Assembly: GCA_944388635.1 (NCBI GenBank)
Contig: CALXJN010000120.1
Location: 1 to 37,289 of the forward strand
Direction of reading: 5' to 3'
Length of the DNA: 37,289 bases
DNA from: an uncultured Clostridia bacterium
GTDB taxonomy: Bacteria; Bacillota; Clostridia; TANB77; CAG-508
Shown here: piece by piece, positions 1 to 8,649 of the stretch
Numbering within the stretch: position 1 is the stretch's first letter
How the letters are laid out: every line of letters begins with the position of its first letter
The notes under the pieces: model-generated
What the model saw: only the letters and a program-made list of their open reading frames with translations
The model's database searches: none
What the model was told of the DNA's origin: nothing
Translations under genes and position numbers: made by a program

Positions 1-183
1 AAATCTTTCTGGAAATCTATCTATATTTCTTTTAACTGCCTGATTTACTTTTTTAGTTTCATAATTATACAACATTGCTACATCACTATCTAGCATTACT
101 TGTTTTCCTCTTATAGTATATATTAAACTTTTTATATTTTCATTAGATACTTCATTTTGAATTGATAATTTGTTTTCTTCCAT
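1..183 (-). CDS. ORF6N/KilA-N-type DNA-binding domain protein, N-terminal part (gene runs off the left edge)
   Basis: Reverse-strand ATG at 183-181 preceded by AAGGATGTG. The translation MEENKLSIQNEVSNENIKSLIYTIRGKQVMLDSDVAMLYNYETKKVNQAVKRNIDRFPERF carries the IRGxxVMLDSDLAxLYxVETKxxNxxVKRNxxRFPxxF signature of ORF6N-domain proteins. It is absent from the ORF track because no stop lies in the window. Confidence 0.6.
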   Translation of the reverse strand, partial: MEENKLSIQNEVSNENIKSLIYTIRGKQVMLDSDVAMLYNYETKKVNQAVKRNIDRFPERF

Positions 184-384
184 AAGTTCACATCCTTATA
201 TTAGATTATTAATAGTATAAAACACTTGTTTACAACTGTCAAGGAATTTGTTTAAATTTATGTATCTTTTTTATTTAAGAGTACTTTAATTTCTAATTAA
301 TTATTAAATATATTATTGTTGTAATAAAGAAAAAGCATAATAAAAACAACCTACAAACCTTATAGTTCGTAAGTTGTTATAATC

Positions 385-460
385 TGGAGCCAATAAGCAG
401 AATCGAACTGCTGACCTACGGGTTACGAATCCGTTGCTCTACCAACTGAGCTATATTGGC
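385..460 (-). tRNA. tRNA-Thr (anticodon CGU)
   Basis: Reverse complement GCCAATATAGCTCAGTTGGTAGAGCAACGGATTCGTAACCCGTAGGTCAGCAGTTCGATTCTGCTTATTGGCTCCA folds as a cloverleaf with a 7-nt anticodon loop TTCGTAA, a TTCGATT T-loop and an encoded CCA. Confidence 0.9.
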
Positions 461-656
461 ATATAAAAATTAATGAATATATTTTAACATAAAAATTACA
501 ATAAATACATACTTTTTTGAAAAAAAGATATAATAAATAATATAAAATTTTCCAAAATGGGCTGTAGGTATTGATTTTATAAGAAAAATGGTATAAAATA
601 TATTAGAATTATTTATAATATTAATAAATCATAAAAAATAGAATGGAGGAAAACAA

Positions 657-1223
657 ATGGCAGAAGTATATATGGCAGGAGATTTAAGAAATGGAACAAC
701 ATTTGAATTAGATAATCAAGTATTTAGAGTAGTTGAATTCCAACATGTAAAACCAGGAAAGGGAGCAGCATTTGTAAGAACAAAAATAAAAAATGTAATA
801 ACAGGAGCAGTGTTAGAAAGAACATTTAACCCTTCTGAAAAATTACAAGGTGCTGAAATCGAAAAAAAGGAAATGCAATACTTATATGAAGATGGAGGCT
901 TATACTATTTCATGGATAATGAAACTTATGAGCAAATACCACTTAATAAAGAACAATTAGGAGATAGCCTAAAATACATAAAAGAAAATATGAATGTGAA
1001 AATGTTATCTTTTAAAGGCAAAGTATTCGCAGTAGAACCACCAATGTTTGTGGAATTAGAAGTTACATATACAGAGCCAGGTTTCAGTGGAAATACAACA
1101 ACTACATCAGGAAAACCTGCAAAATTAGAAAATGGTTTAGAAATAAGTGTACCATTATTCATAGAAATTGGAGACATTATTAAAATAGATACAAGAACTG
1201 GCGAGTATATGGAAAGAGTTTAA
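657..1223 (+). CDS. efp: translation elongation factor P
   Basis: 188-aa ORF with a GGAGG RBS. Contains the EF-P motif [16 protein letters not shown] and the C-terminal OB domains. The true start could be the internal ATG at 672 (MAGDLRNG). Confidence 0.93.
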   Translation: MAEVYMAGDLRNGTTFELDNQVFRVVEFQHVKPGKGAAFVRTKIKNVITGAVLERTFNPSEKLQGAEIEKKEMQYLYEDGGLYYFMDNETYEQIPLNKEQLGDSLKYIKENMNVKMLSFKGKVFAVEPPMFVELEVTYTEPGFSGNTTTTSGKPAKLENGLEISVPLFIEIGDIIKIDTRTGEYMERV

Positions 1224-1236
1224 GGAGTTTTGAATA

Positions 1237-1722
1237 ATGCCAAATATTAAAAAAAGACTTAATGAGATTGTAGAAGATATTGAGAAAAATATAAAGAATA
1301 AAGATGATTTAGAATATATAAAATCTCAAATATACAATATTTCTTTATTATTTTTAGATGAACTCGACAAAGTTGTAGAAACCCATCTTGGAAGATTAAA
1401 TGTCTTATTAGAAAGAGAAAAGAGACTAACTAGAAGAGTTGAAAATATGGAAATAGTAGTAAAAAGCTTAGAAAGAGACATGCGTATGTCAGAGAATATT
1501 TCAGAAGATAATGATTTTGAAATTTTATGTCCATATTGCAATACAGAATTTGTTGAAGATTTTTCAAATGGTTTTAAGCATGAAGTGAGATGCCCAGAAT
1601 GTGATAACATTATAGAATTAGATTGGAATGAAAACGGCGGGTGTTCATGTGAGCATGAATTTGATGAAGAATGTCAAGAAGATGATGAAAAAGAGAATAA
1701 TGAAAATGAAGACGATATGTAA
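1237..1722 (+). CDS. hypothetical zinc-ribbon protein with an acidic tail
   Basis: 161-aa ORF 13 nt after efp. Coiled-coil-like N-terminus, CPYC...CPEC zinc-ribbon pairs and a D/E-rich C-terminus. No confident family assignment. Confidence 0.55.
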   Translation: MPNIKKRLNEIVEDIEKNIKNKDDLEYIKSQIYNISLLFLDELDKVVETHLGRLNVLLEREKRLTRRVENMEIVVKSLERDMRMSENISEDNDFEILCPYCNTEFVEDFSNGFKHEVRCPECDNIIELDWNENGGCSCEHEFDEECQEDDEKENNENEDDM

Positions 1723-1747
1723 TTTTTAACATATCGTTTTTATTTTT
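1712..1747 (+). terminator. rho-independent terminator of the efp operon
   Basis: ACGATATGT-aattttta-ACATATCGT hairpin followed by TTTTTATTTTT. Confidence 0.7.
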
Positions 1748-1801
1748 GTGCAATTACATTAAAACAAAAAAGACTTTCAAAAAACGAAAGCCTTTTAATT
1801 T

Positions 1802-1876
1802 TGGCTGGGCTGGCTAGATTCGAACTAGCGCATGCCAGAGTCAAAGTCTGGTGCCTTACCGCTTGGCTACAGCCCA
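1802..1876 (-). tRNA. tRNA-Gln (anticodon UUG)
   Basis: Reverse complement TGGGCTGTAGCCAAGCGGTAAGGCACCAGACTTTGACTCTGGCATGCGCTAGTTCGAATCTAGCCAGCCCAGCCA. It has a U1-A72 pair, anticodon stem CCAGA/TCTGG and loop CTTTGAC. Confidence 0.9.
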
Positions 1877-1892
1877 ATATATTAAATTAAAC

Positions 1893-1970
1893 TGGGGTGG
1901 AAGATGGGACTCGAACCCACGGTCTCCAGTGCCACAAACTGGCGCGTTAACCAACTACGCTACATCCACC
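1893..1970 (-). tRNA. tRNA-His (anticodon GUG, encoded G-1)
   Basis: Reverse complement GGTGGATGTAGCGTAGTTGGTTAACGCGCCAGTTTGTGGCACTGGAGACCGTGGGTTCGAGTCCCATCTTCCACCCCA. Anticodon stem CCAGT/ACTGG, loop TTGTGGC, and an extra 5' G opposite C73. Confidence 0.88.
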
Positions 1971-2079
1971 ATACGTAATAAACGCTCCCTTAGTCAGTGC
2001 ATTTATTATTGTACTATTTTTATGAGCTTTTGTCAATATTTTTTAAATAATTTCATAAACATTTTTTTATCTCAAACTA

Positions 2080-2108
2080 TTGCAACTATTCTTAAAATAG
2101 TGTATAAT
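2080..2108 (+). promoter_or_regulatory. sigma-A type promoter for ssrA
   Basis: TTGCAA, 17-nt spacer, TATAAT, ending 12 nt upstream of the tmRNA 5' end. Confidence 0.6.
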
Positions 2109-2120
2109 TATATATTACTT

Positions 2121-2477
2121 GGGGATGTATTTGGTTTCGACAGTAACATAGAAATATAAATAGCGAGTGGTGGAATCGTCTGGCCACCTAAAAAAGGCGA
2201 AAACTAAAATAAACGCTGATAATAGAGAATTAGCAGTAGCTGCCTAAGATTGGCGGCACATCTTACCAAAATCCCTACTGTTTTGGATAAGGTGCAAATC
2301 AAGTAGGTAACAAAGCTATTTTATGTTTCGAAAATAGTGGGTAATTTAGAAACTACTAAAAATTTGAAGTTTGTTTATTAACTTGAATTTTTGGGAATAT
2401 CCATTAATAAACTGCACTCGGAGAAGTTTATATGGAAATGTTATTGGACAGGAGTTCAACTCTCCTCATCTCCACCA
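2121..2477 (+). ncRNA. ssrA: tmRNA (SsrA)
   Basis: 5' GGGGATGTATTTGGTTTCGACAG pairs with 3' ...GGACAGGAGTTCAACTCTCCTCATCTCCACCA, giving a G3:U70 acceptor and an AGGAG/CTCCT T-arm. The internal tag frame GCT GAT AAT AGA GAA TTA GCA GTA GCT GCC TAA encodes (A)DNRELAVAA. Confidence 0.92.
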
Positions 2478-2499
2478 CCAAATATATTTTAAATTTCGC

Positions 2500-2528
2500 T
2501 TGCATATTTTAATTATATATGCTAATAT
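2500..2528 (+). promoter_or_regulatory. candidate promoter for tRNA-Trp
   Basis: TTGCAT, 17-nt spacer, TAATAT, 17 nt upstream of the tRNA. Confidence 0.45.
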
Positions 2529-2545
2529 ATATTAGTATTTAACGT

Positions 2546-2621
2546 AGGGGTATAGTGTCAACGGTTAGCACGATGGTCTCCAAAACCACAAGTCTGGGTT
2601 CGAATCCTAGTACCCCTGCCA
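2546..2621 (+). tRNA. tRNA-Trp (anticodon CCA)
   Basis: AGGGGTATAGTGTCAACGGTTAGCACGATGGTCTCCAAAACCACAAGTCTGGGTTCGAATCCTAGTACCCCTGCCA, with a 7-nt anticodon loop CTCCAAA. Confidence 0.9.
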
Positions 2622-2645
2622 TTTTTTTGTTTTTTTGGGGGAATT

Positions 2646-3068
2646 ATGAATACATTAAAAAATATAGCAAAAAAAGTACTAAATAGAGAAGTAATATTTT
2701 ATACAATTTTTGGAATATTAAGTACACTTGTAAATTTTACAACATTTTATATCTTAACTAAAATAGGTGTGGAAGAAAATTTGGCAAATTTTATTGCGAT
2801 TATTATGGCAGTATTATTTGCTTATTTTACAAATAGAAAGATAGTATTTAATTCTAAAGCAGAAACATTTAAAGAAAAATTAAAAGAATTTTATAAATTT
2901 ATACTTGGTAGAGTATTTACAATGTTTGTGGAAATGTTTGGATTTTACTTATTATTTAATATAATGAACATTCATGAAATTATTAGTAAACTTGTAATAA
3001 CAATAATTGTTGTAATTTTAAACTTTTTCATAAGTAAGTTTTTCGCTTTTAAAAAGCAAAATAAATAG
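2646..3068 (+). CDS. GtrA family membrane protein
   Basis: 140 aa with four predicted TM segments. GtrA-like pattern: FTTFYILTK...ANFIAIIMAVLFAYFTNRKIVFNSK. Confidence 0.75.
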   Translation: MNTLKNIAKKVLNREVIFYTIFGILSTLVNFTTFYILTKIGVEENLANFIAIIMAVLFAYFTNRKIVFNSKAETFKEKLKEFYKFILGRVFTMFVEMFGFYLLFNIMNIHEIISKLVITIIVVILNFFISKFFAFKKQNK

Positions 3069-3091
3069 CATTTCTTCTTAAAAACTGCGAT

Positions 3092-3226
3092 GTTGTCAAT
3101 GGGGACGGTTAGGCTGACAACTGTGAATACAAATATAAAAATTTCCGGTCATTTTAGATGCGTCCTAAACGACCGGATTTTATTAATAATACAAGGTTGT
3201 CAAATAGAACCGTCCTCATTGACAAC
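3092..3226. repeat. cluster of three structured intergenic repeat units
   Basis: Hairpin GTTGTCA-atggggacggttaggc-TGACAAC (3092-3121). Hairpin TCCGGTCATTTTAGATGCGTCCTAAACGACCGGA (3144-3177). Inverted copy GTTGTCAA-atagaaccgtcctc-ATTGACAAC (3196-3226). Related units occur at 3845-3876 and 19341-19407. Confidence 0.7.
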
Positions 3227-3361
3227 AGAAAGGAAAGAGTGTAAATATGGAAGAAAACAAACTTTTATCTCCAAAGATAGATGTAGTTTTTCAAGACAAC
3301 AAAAATCATTCGACATCCCAAATGGCTTTAATTAAAATTGTTATAAAAGTTGCGATATACA

Positions 3362-3390
3362 TTGACAAATGAATAAAAAGAATGTATAAT
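3362..3390 (+). promoter_or_regulatory. consensus sigma-A promoter
   Basis: Perfect TTGACA, 17-nt spacer, TATAAT, upstream of the small ORF and rpmE. Confidence 0.65.
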
Positions 3391-3434
3391 AAATAATACG
3401 GTAATTAAAGAATATTTTCTAGGAGGGGTAGGCT

Positions 3435-3590
3435 ATGTTTGCAAAATATTGGAAAAAGATAGGAATGCTAATAATAATAATTGCTTGTCTATTTAATATA
3501 GTGACAAAAATAGTATCAAAAATACCTTATCTAGAACAGTTAACTCAATCAGCACAATACGTTTCAGAACAAGAAAAAGAAGAAAATTAA
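3435..3590 (+). CDS. small hypothetical membrane protein (51 aa)
   Basis: AGGAGGGG RBS 6 nt upstream of the ATG. Translation MFAKYWKKIGMLIIIIACLFNIVTKIVSKIPYLEQLTQSAQYVSEQEKEEN has one TM segment. It is below the ORF-track length cutoff. Confidence 0.45.
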   Translation: MFAKYWKKIGMLIIIIACLFNIVTKIVSKIPYLEQLTQSAQYVSEQEKEEN

Positions 3591-3630
3591 TTTCTATAGA
3601 TAAGATAATAAGAAAGAGGTGAAATGCATA

Positions 3631-3831
3631 ATGAAAGAAGGTTTACATCCAAATTTTACAGATGCAACAATAACATGTGCATGTGGAAATGTATTAACAA
3701 CAAAATCAACAAAGAAATCTATGAATGTTGATATTTGCTCAAAATGTCATCCATATTGGACAGGTAATTTAAAACAAAATACAACAGGTGGTAGAGCAGA
3801 TAAATTTAGAAAAAAATATGGTATTCAATAA
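3631..3831 (+). CDS. rpmE: 50S ribosomal protein L31
   Basis: MKEGLHPNF...CACGN...CSKCHPYWTG...GGRADKFRKKYG is the L31 zinc-binding form. The ATG at 3631 has an AGAAAGAGGTG RBS. The ORF track's 3619 GTG start is probably too far upstream. Confidence 0.9.
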   Translation: MKEGLHPNFTDATITCACGNVLTTKSTKKSMNVDICSKCHPYWTGNLKQNTTGGRADKFRKKYGIQ

Positions 3832-3840
3832 TTGTAAATC

Positions 3841-3888
3841 AAAGTTGTCAATGGGGGACGGCTCTTATTGGCAACTTTTTTCTTTTTT
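3841..3888 (+). terminator. rpmE terminator, built from a copy of the GGGACGG-loop hairpin repeat
   Basis: AAAGTTGTCAAT-gggggacggctctt-ATTGGCAACTTT followed by TTTCTTTTTT. Confidence 0.75.
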
Positions 3889-3958
3889 AAAAAAAGAATG
3901 ACAAACTGTAATAATTATGCTATAATCGTTATATAAATTAATAAAAGGAGGAATTTCA

Positions 3959-4648
3959 ATGGAAGAGAATGAAAACAAAGAAACAGCAGTAAATAAAGAA
4001 GAAATTAAAGAAGAAACTGTTAAAACTGCGAAAGAAGTAAAAGAAACAATAAAAAATGTAGACATTAAAAAAGATGCTAAAGCAACAACAGGATTTATTA
4101 CAGAAATGATTAAAAATCCACTAACAAGACTAAAAGAAATTGCAAATGACAAAGATAACAAAGACTTTAAATATGCAGTTGTACTTGCAGTAGTTTGGTT
4201 AATAGTAAATGCAATACTTGATTTATCAAGTTACTCATCACTAGATAGCTTTTTTGCATATAGATTTACAAACCATTTCTTATCATTAATAAAAACAATG
4301 ATAGGGCCTATAGTTGGAATAATTGTTATGGCAATCATAGTATTTGCAATGAATAAGAAAAACAAAAAATCTTTTATGACAATACTAACATCAATTACAG
4401 CAGCACAAATTCCAGTAATAGTAGCAGACATATTAGGTTTATTATTATTGATAAGCATGAGTATATCAAAGTTATTAACTCCATTTTCAATGTTCTGTAC
4501 AGTAATAAGCACAGTATTTACATATTTTGCTATTAAAGCATTATTTGGAGAGGAAGATAATACAAAATTCTTAAAAACATTTATAATTATTCAAGCGATT
4601 TATTATGTAGCATATTTAATAATATCTTACTTAGAAATATATATTTAA
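3959..4648 (+). CDS. hypothetical multi-pass membrane protein with a Lys/Glu-rich N-terminus
   Basis: 229-aa ORF with an AAAGGAGG RBS. A charged N-terminal segment of about 60 aa is followed by about 5 TM helices (Yip1-like topology, family not confirmed). Confidence 0.6.
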   Translation: MEENENKETAVNKEEIKEETVKTAKEVKETIKNVDIKKDAKATTGFITEMIKNPLTRLKEIANDKDNKDFKYAVVLAVVWLIVNAILDLSSYSSLDSFFAYRFTNHFLSLIKTMIGPIVGIIVMAIIVFAMNKKNKKSFMTILTSITAAQIPVIVADILGLLLLISMSISKLLTPFSMFCTVISTVFTYFAIKALFGEEDNTKFLKTFIIIQAIYYVAYLIISYLEIYI

Positions 4649-4655
4649 AAAAGAA

Positions 4656-4708
4656 AAATACAATAAAAATGTTCACTTATTTAAAAGTGAACATTTTTTA
4701 TTGTATTT
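4656..4708. terminator. bidirectional terminator between convergent genes
   Basis: Long palindrome AAATACAATAAAAATGTTCACTT-attta-AAAGTGAACATTTTTTATTGTATTT. Confidence 0.7.
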
Positions 4709-4712
4709 AAGC

Positions 4713-5630
4713 TTATTTTGAAGCTTTACCTTCTTTTGCTTCTTTAAGTACTTCTGATGCCGCACCAAGTCCAGATAAAGCTGCAGTTGCTTCAAAAGGT
4801 ATGAATACTTTATTTGCATTACCGTCAGCAATTTCCTTTAAAGCTTCTAAAGATTTTAGTTGAACTAATTTGTCATCAGGAGCAGATTTTTTGATAGCAG
4901 CATATACCATTTCAACTTCTTGGGCTTTAGCTTCGGCAACTTTTTTGATTGCTTCAGCTTCACCGGCTGCACGTCTGATTTTTGCTTCTCTATCAGCTTC
5001 TGCTGCAAGTATAGAGGCTTCTTTTTGACCTTCAGCAATAGTTATTGCAGATTGTCTTTCACCTTCAGCTTGAAGAATAGCAGCTCTCTTATTTCTCTCA
5101 GCGTTCATTTGCTTTTCCATTGCATCTCTAATATCAGCAGGTGGTGTGATATCTTTAATTTCAACTCTGTCTACCTTACAACCCCATTGGTCAGTTGCTT
5201 CGTCAAGAATAAGTCTTAATTGATCATTAATCATGTCTCTTGAACTGAATGTTTGGTCTAAGTCCATTTTACCAACTATATCACGAATTGTTGTAATTGC
5301 TAAATATTCAATACCCTTTCTTAAAGATTGAATTTCATAAACAGCTTTTGCTGGATCTGTAATTTTGTAGAAAACTACAGTATCTATTGTAATTGTAACA
5401 TTATCTTTTGTAATAACTCCTTGAGGTGGAATATCCATTGTTTGTTGTTTTAAACTAACAACAGAACGAACATGATCGAAGAAAGGAATAATAATTGTAA
5501 GACCTGCATCAGCAATTTTATGATATTTTCCTAATCTTTCAATAATGTAAACCTCAGCTTGTTTAACGATTTTAATGGATTTGAATGCAATTATTAAAAT
5601 AATTACAAGAAATACTATTAAAAACCACAT
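4713..5630 (-). CDS. SPFH/band-7 (stomatin-like, slipin) membrane protein
   Basis: 305 aa with an N-terminal TM then IVKQAEVYIIERLGKYHK...DNVTITIDTVVFYKITDPAKAVYEI and an Ala/Glu-rich coiled coil. Classic SPFH architecture. Confidence 0.88.
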   Translation of the reverse strand: MWFLIVFLVIILIIAFKSIKIVKQAEVYIIERLGKYHKIADAGLTIIIPFFDHVRSVVSLKQQTMDIPPQGVITKDNVTITIDTVVFYKITDPAKAVYEIQSLRKGIEYLAITTIRDIVGKMDLDQTFSSRDMINDQLRLILDEATDQWGCKVDRVEIKDITPPADIRDAMEKQMNAERNKRAAILQAEGERQSAITIAEGQKEASILAAEADREAKIRRAAGEAEAIKKVAEAKAQEVEMVYAAIKKSAPDDKLVQLKSLEALKEIADGNANKVFIPFEATAALSGLGAASEVLKEAKEGKASK

Positions 5631-5671
5631 AAAATTTCCTCCTTTTATATTATATAAATAAACATTAAAAA

Positions 5672-6130
5672 CTATAATTTTGTAACGATAGCTTTAACAC
5701 CATCGATATCTTCTATTTTTACTACATCGCCTTCTTTTAGAAGTTCTTCATCTTTTGAAGTTGCAGTCCATATTTCAGAACCTACTTGAATTTGACCTAG
5801 CTTTGAAACTTCATCAAATGATTTGGTAACAGTAGCTTCTTTACCTATTATTGAAAATGCATTAGTTAATAGTTCTGGTTCTTTTTTATTAACAAATTTA
5901 TCAATAAGAGGTCTTGTAAAAAATAGAAGCACAGCAGAAAGAATAACAAAAACAGCCATTTGAATAACTAAATTTGCTGTAAATAAACTAACTACGCAAG
6001 TAACAAGTGCTGCAATTCCAAGCCAGAAAATCATAAAACCTACGGTTGCGATTTCTGCTATAAAGAAAACTCCTGCTGCAATTAACCATATATACCACAT
6101 ATTAAAAATTCTCCTTTCAATAGCATTCAT
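5672..6130 (-). CDS. NfeD family membrane protein
   Basis: 152 aa with TM helices plus a C-terminal OB-like GKEATVT...GQIQVGSEIWTATS...GDVVKIEDIDGVKAIV. It lies immediately upstream of the SPFH gene, the canonical NfeD-SPFH operon. Confidence 0.82.
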   Translation of the reverse strand: MNAIERRIFNMWYIWLIAAGVFFIAEIATVGFMIFWLGIAALVTCVVSLFTANLVIQMAVFVILSAVLLFFTRPLIDKFVNKKEPELLTNAFSIIGKEATVTKSFDEVSKLGQIQVGSEIWTATSKDEELLKEGDVVKIEDIDGVKAIVTKL

Positions 6131-6205
6131 ATTAATTATACTATAAATTTTGGAAAAAATAAAGTATTATGTAGAAAAATCTACATAATACTTTATTTTT
6201 AATCT

Positions 6206-7186
6206 TTATTCTTCATCATCTTCATATAATTCTTCAATATATTCATCATTTGAAAAAGCAATTACAGTTCTAAATATTATTGGAAGGAACAAAAGACCAA
6301 GACCGAATAAAAAGCCATGTCCGAATCTTTTTGAAAGCTCAAACCTACCAATAATTGCAACGGCTATTAACATAAGCCAGCCAAGAACAGGTATAAATAT
6401 AAGAAGTAATAGCCAAGGAGAAAGACCACATAATTTTAAATGTAGTACATCTCTATAAATTGGAATAATTGCACCAAATCTTGACATTCCAGCTTTGCTA
6501 AATAAAATACTAGTTATAAATATTGAATAAATAGCAACAAAAATTAGAATAACTATTGCAATTCGTATGTATAAATTCGAAAATAATAGTTTAGAAACAA
6601 TACTTAATTTAGTTTCTAAAGAAGTTTCTGAAAGTACAGAAGAAATTATCTCACTTAAAGAAGCTCCATTTTTATACATATCAATAATTTTATCTAAATC
6701 CAAATCATTTTGAACAATATCAATAACTGCATCAGAGTCAAATGTCCTTAGAACTGTTTCAGAAGCAGATAAAGCCTCTTTACTTATACCAGCCTCAGTC
6801 AGAAGCTTTGAATTATCTTTTATCAAATCAGCAATTTCTTCATTTGATATAACTTCTGAGAGCTTATCATATATGTCAATTGCTTCATCAATATCTATTT
6901 CGTCAGTATTAATTGAATTGAAGTTTCCAGAAGCTATTTCAGACTTATCGATATTATTAACTATTGCAGTAGAATTAAGACTATTTATATCTATATCTTC
7001 GAGAACTTCTTTTAAATCGTCAATTTTACTTTTATCAACACTGTTTAAATTAATATCATTTACATCAAAATCTTTTAATTTAGAAGAAACTTTAGATGAG
7101 ACAGCAAAAGAAGAAATAGAATATATAAATATTAAAAAAACAGTTAATAGTAAAGTAATTTTTAAATATTTTTTCAAAGAAATCAC
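6206..7186 (-). CDS. hypothetical membrane protein (signal/TM N-terminus, acidic repeat-like middle, DUF5684-like C-terminal TM module)
   Basis: 326-aa ORF. The C-terminal KAGMSRFGAIIPIYRDVLHLKLCGLSPWLLLLIFIPVLGW...LSKRFGHGFLFGLGLLFLPIIF resembles the DUF5684 module (family name recalled from memory). Confidence 0.55.
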   Translation of the reverse strand: MISLKKYLKITLLLTVFLIFIYSISSFAVSSKVSSKLKDFDVNDINLNSVDKSKIDDLKEVLEDIDINSLNSTAIVNNIDKSEIASGNFNSINTDEIDIDEAIDIYDKLSEVISNEEIADLIKDNSKLLTEAGISKEALSASETVLRTFDSDAVIDIVQNDLDLDKIIDMYKNGASLSEIISSVLSETSLETKLSIVSKLLFSNLYIRIAIVILIFVAIYSIFITSILFSKAGMSRFGAIIPIYRDVLHLKLCGLSPWLLLLIFIPVLGWLMLIAVAIIGRFELSKRFGHGFLFGLGLLFLPIIFRTVIAFSNDEYIEELYEDDEE

Positions 7187-7247
7187 CCCTTAATTAAAAT
7201 TATATTAATATTCTAATATATAAATACTCCAAAGTCAATTTTAAATA

Positions 7248-7276
7248 TTGAAAAAAGAGATTTAGTATGCTAAAAT
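7248..7276 (+). promoter_or_regulatory. candidate promoter for rdgB
   Basis: TTGAAA, 17-nt spacer, TAAAAT, 34 nt upstream of the rdgB ATG. Confidence 0.45.
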
Positions 7277-7309
7277 TTATTAAAAAGTATGAAATCGGAG
7301 GCAAAGTAA

Positions 7310-7923
7310 ATGAAGATAATATATGCTACAACGAATAACGCTAAGAAAGAACAAGTAGAAGAGTTTTTTAATTATCATAATTATGATATACAAATAGTAA
7401 TATTAAAAGATATAGGATTTAATGAAGAAATCGATGAAAATGGAGAAACATTCGAGGAAAATTCTTTAATAAAAGCAAAAGCAGTAAAAGAATTCTGCAA
7501 AAAAAATAATATAAAAGGAATAATTGTTGCAGACGATGCAGGACTTATGGTTGATGCATTAAACCGGAAGACCGGGGGTACATTCCGCAAGATATGCAGG
7601 AGATCACGCTCCACAAGAGGTAACATTAAATAAATTATTAAATGAAATGAAAGATATAGAAGAGAGCAAAAGAACTGCACAATTTGTATGCGTGTTAACA
7701 GCGATACTACCTAATGGAGAAGAAATAGTTTGCAAAGGAATAACAGAACGGAAAAATTGCAAAAGAAAAAGGTACTATGGGTAAATTAACTTATGGACCA
7801 GTATTTATTCCAAAGGGATTTGACAGAGTAATGAATGATTTAACAGAAGAGGAAATGGAAGTAACACATAGACAAAAAGCTTGGAAAGAGTTATTAGAAA
7901 AATTTAAGGATGTGATAGTGTGA
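7310..7923 (+). CDS. rdgB: non-canonical purine NTP pyrophosphatase (RdgB/HAM1 family), interrupted by two in-frame CGG +1 sites
   Basis: N-terminus MKIIYATTNNAKKEQ... Skipping C7565 gives [24 protein letters not shown]. Skipping C7749 gives ITEGKIAKEKGTMGKLTYGPVFIPKGF...THRQKAWKEL, ending at TGA 7921-7923. The restored 203 aa is typical of the family. The ORF track shows only the first fragment. Confidence 0.85.
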
Positions 7924-8462
7924 AAATAAGAAATATTATAGGACATTTTAAAACAATTACAAAGCATAAATGGGAAGTTTTTAAACTTACAGTAAAAGCA
8001 GGAATACCAATTAGAGGTTTACTTCATGATTTATCAAAGTATTCTTATACAGAATTTTCTGAATCTGTAAAATATTATCAAGGAGGAAAAAGAAGCCCAA
8101 TACCAGTAGCACGTGAGGAAAAAGGGTATTCAGAAGCATGGCTTCATCACAAGGGAAGAAATAAACACCATTTTGAATATTGGTATGATATAGATGCAAA
8201 AGAACCACCAATAATTCCATTTAAATACAGTGTGGAAATGATTTGCGATAAATTGGCTGCTGGAATGGTTTATCAAGGAAAAAATTGGACAAAGGAATTT
8301 GAACTTAAATATTGGAATGAAAAAGAAAAAGACAAACCAATAATAAATGAAAAGATGAGAGAATTTGTTACAGAAGTATTTACAGATGTAAGTATAGAAG
8401 GAATAGATAAGGTTATTTCTAAGAAAAATCTAAGAAGGATTTATGATAAGTATTGTAAATAA
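7920..8462 (+). CDS. conserved hypothetical protein (His-rich; possibly DUF5662-like)
   Basis: 180-aa ORF with a GTG start overlapping the rdgB stop (GTGA). Contains HDLSKYS...WLHHKGRNKHHFEYW motifs. The family name is uncertain. Confidence 0.5.
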   Translation: MKIRNIIGHFKTITKHKWEVFKLTVKAGIPIRGLLHDLSKYSYTEFSESVKYYQGGKRSPIPVAREEKGYSEAWLHHKGRNKHHFEYWYDIDAKEPPIIPFKYSVEMICDKLAAGMVYQGKNWTKEFELKYWNEKEKDKPIINEKMREFVTEVFTDVSIEGIDKVISKKNLRRIYDKYCK

Positions 8463-8467
8463 GAAAT

Positions 8468-8497
8468 ACAAAAAGGTGGGTAAGATACCTGCCTTTT
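8468..8497 (+). terminator. rho-independent terminator
   Basis: AAAAAGGTGGGT-aagat-ACCTGCCTTTTT, a 12-bp stem including G:U pairs. A homologous module occurs at about 19241-19270. Confidence 0.65.
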
Positions 8498-8649
8498 TAA
8501 ATTTTGAAGATTGAGCATTTAAAACTAAGCTAATAAAAAAATAATTGTGATTTACCTTATTTTGCTTGTATTTTTAAGAATTTTAATATATAATATTTGC
8601 TATATTATTGTAACTTAAAATACATCACTGAGAAAGGGATGAAGCAAAT

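Noticed and set aside
1851-2159. 102-aa ORF from the ORF track
   Set aside because: It is read through the antisense of tRNA-Gln and tRNA-His and into the ssrA promoter, so it is a spurious ORF.
3090-3335. 81-aa ORF from the ORF track
   Set aside because: It spans the hairpin repeat cluster, has no RBS and has atypical composition. The repeats explain the region better.
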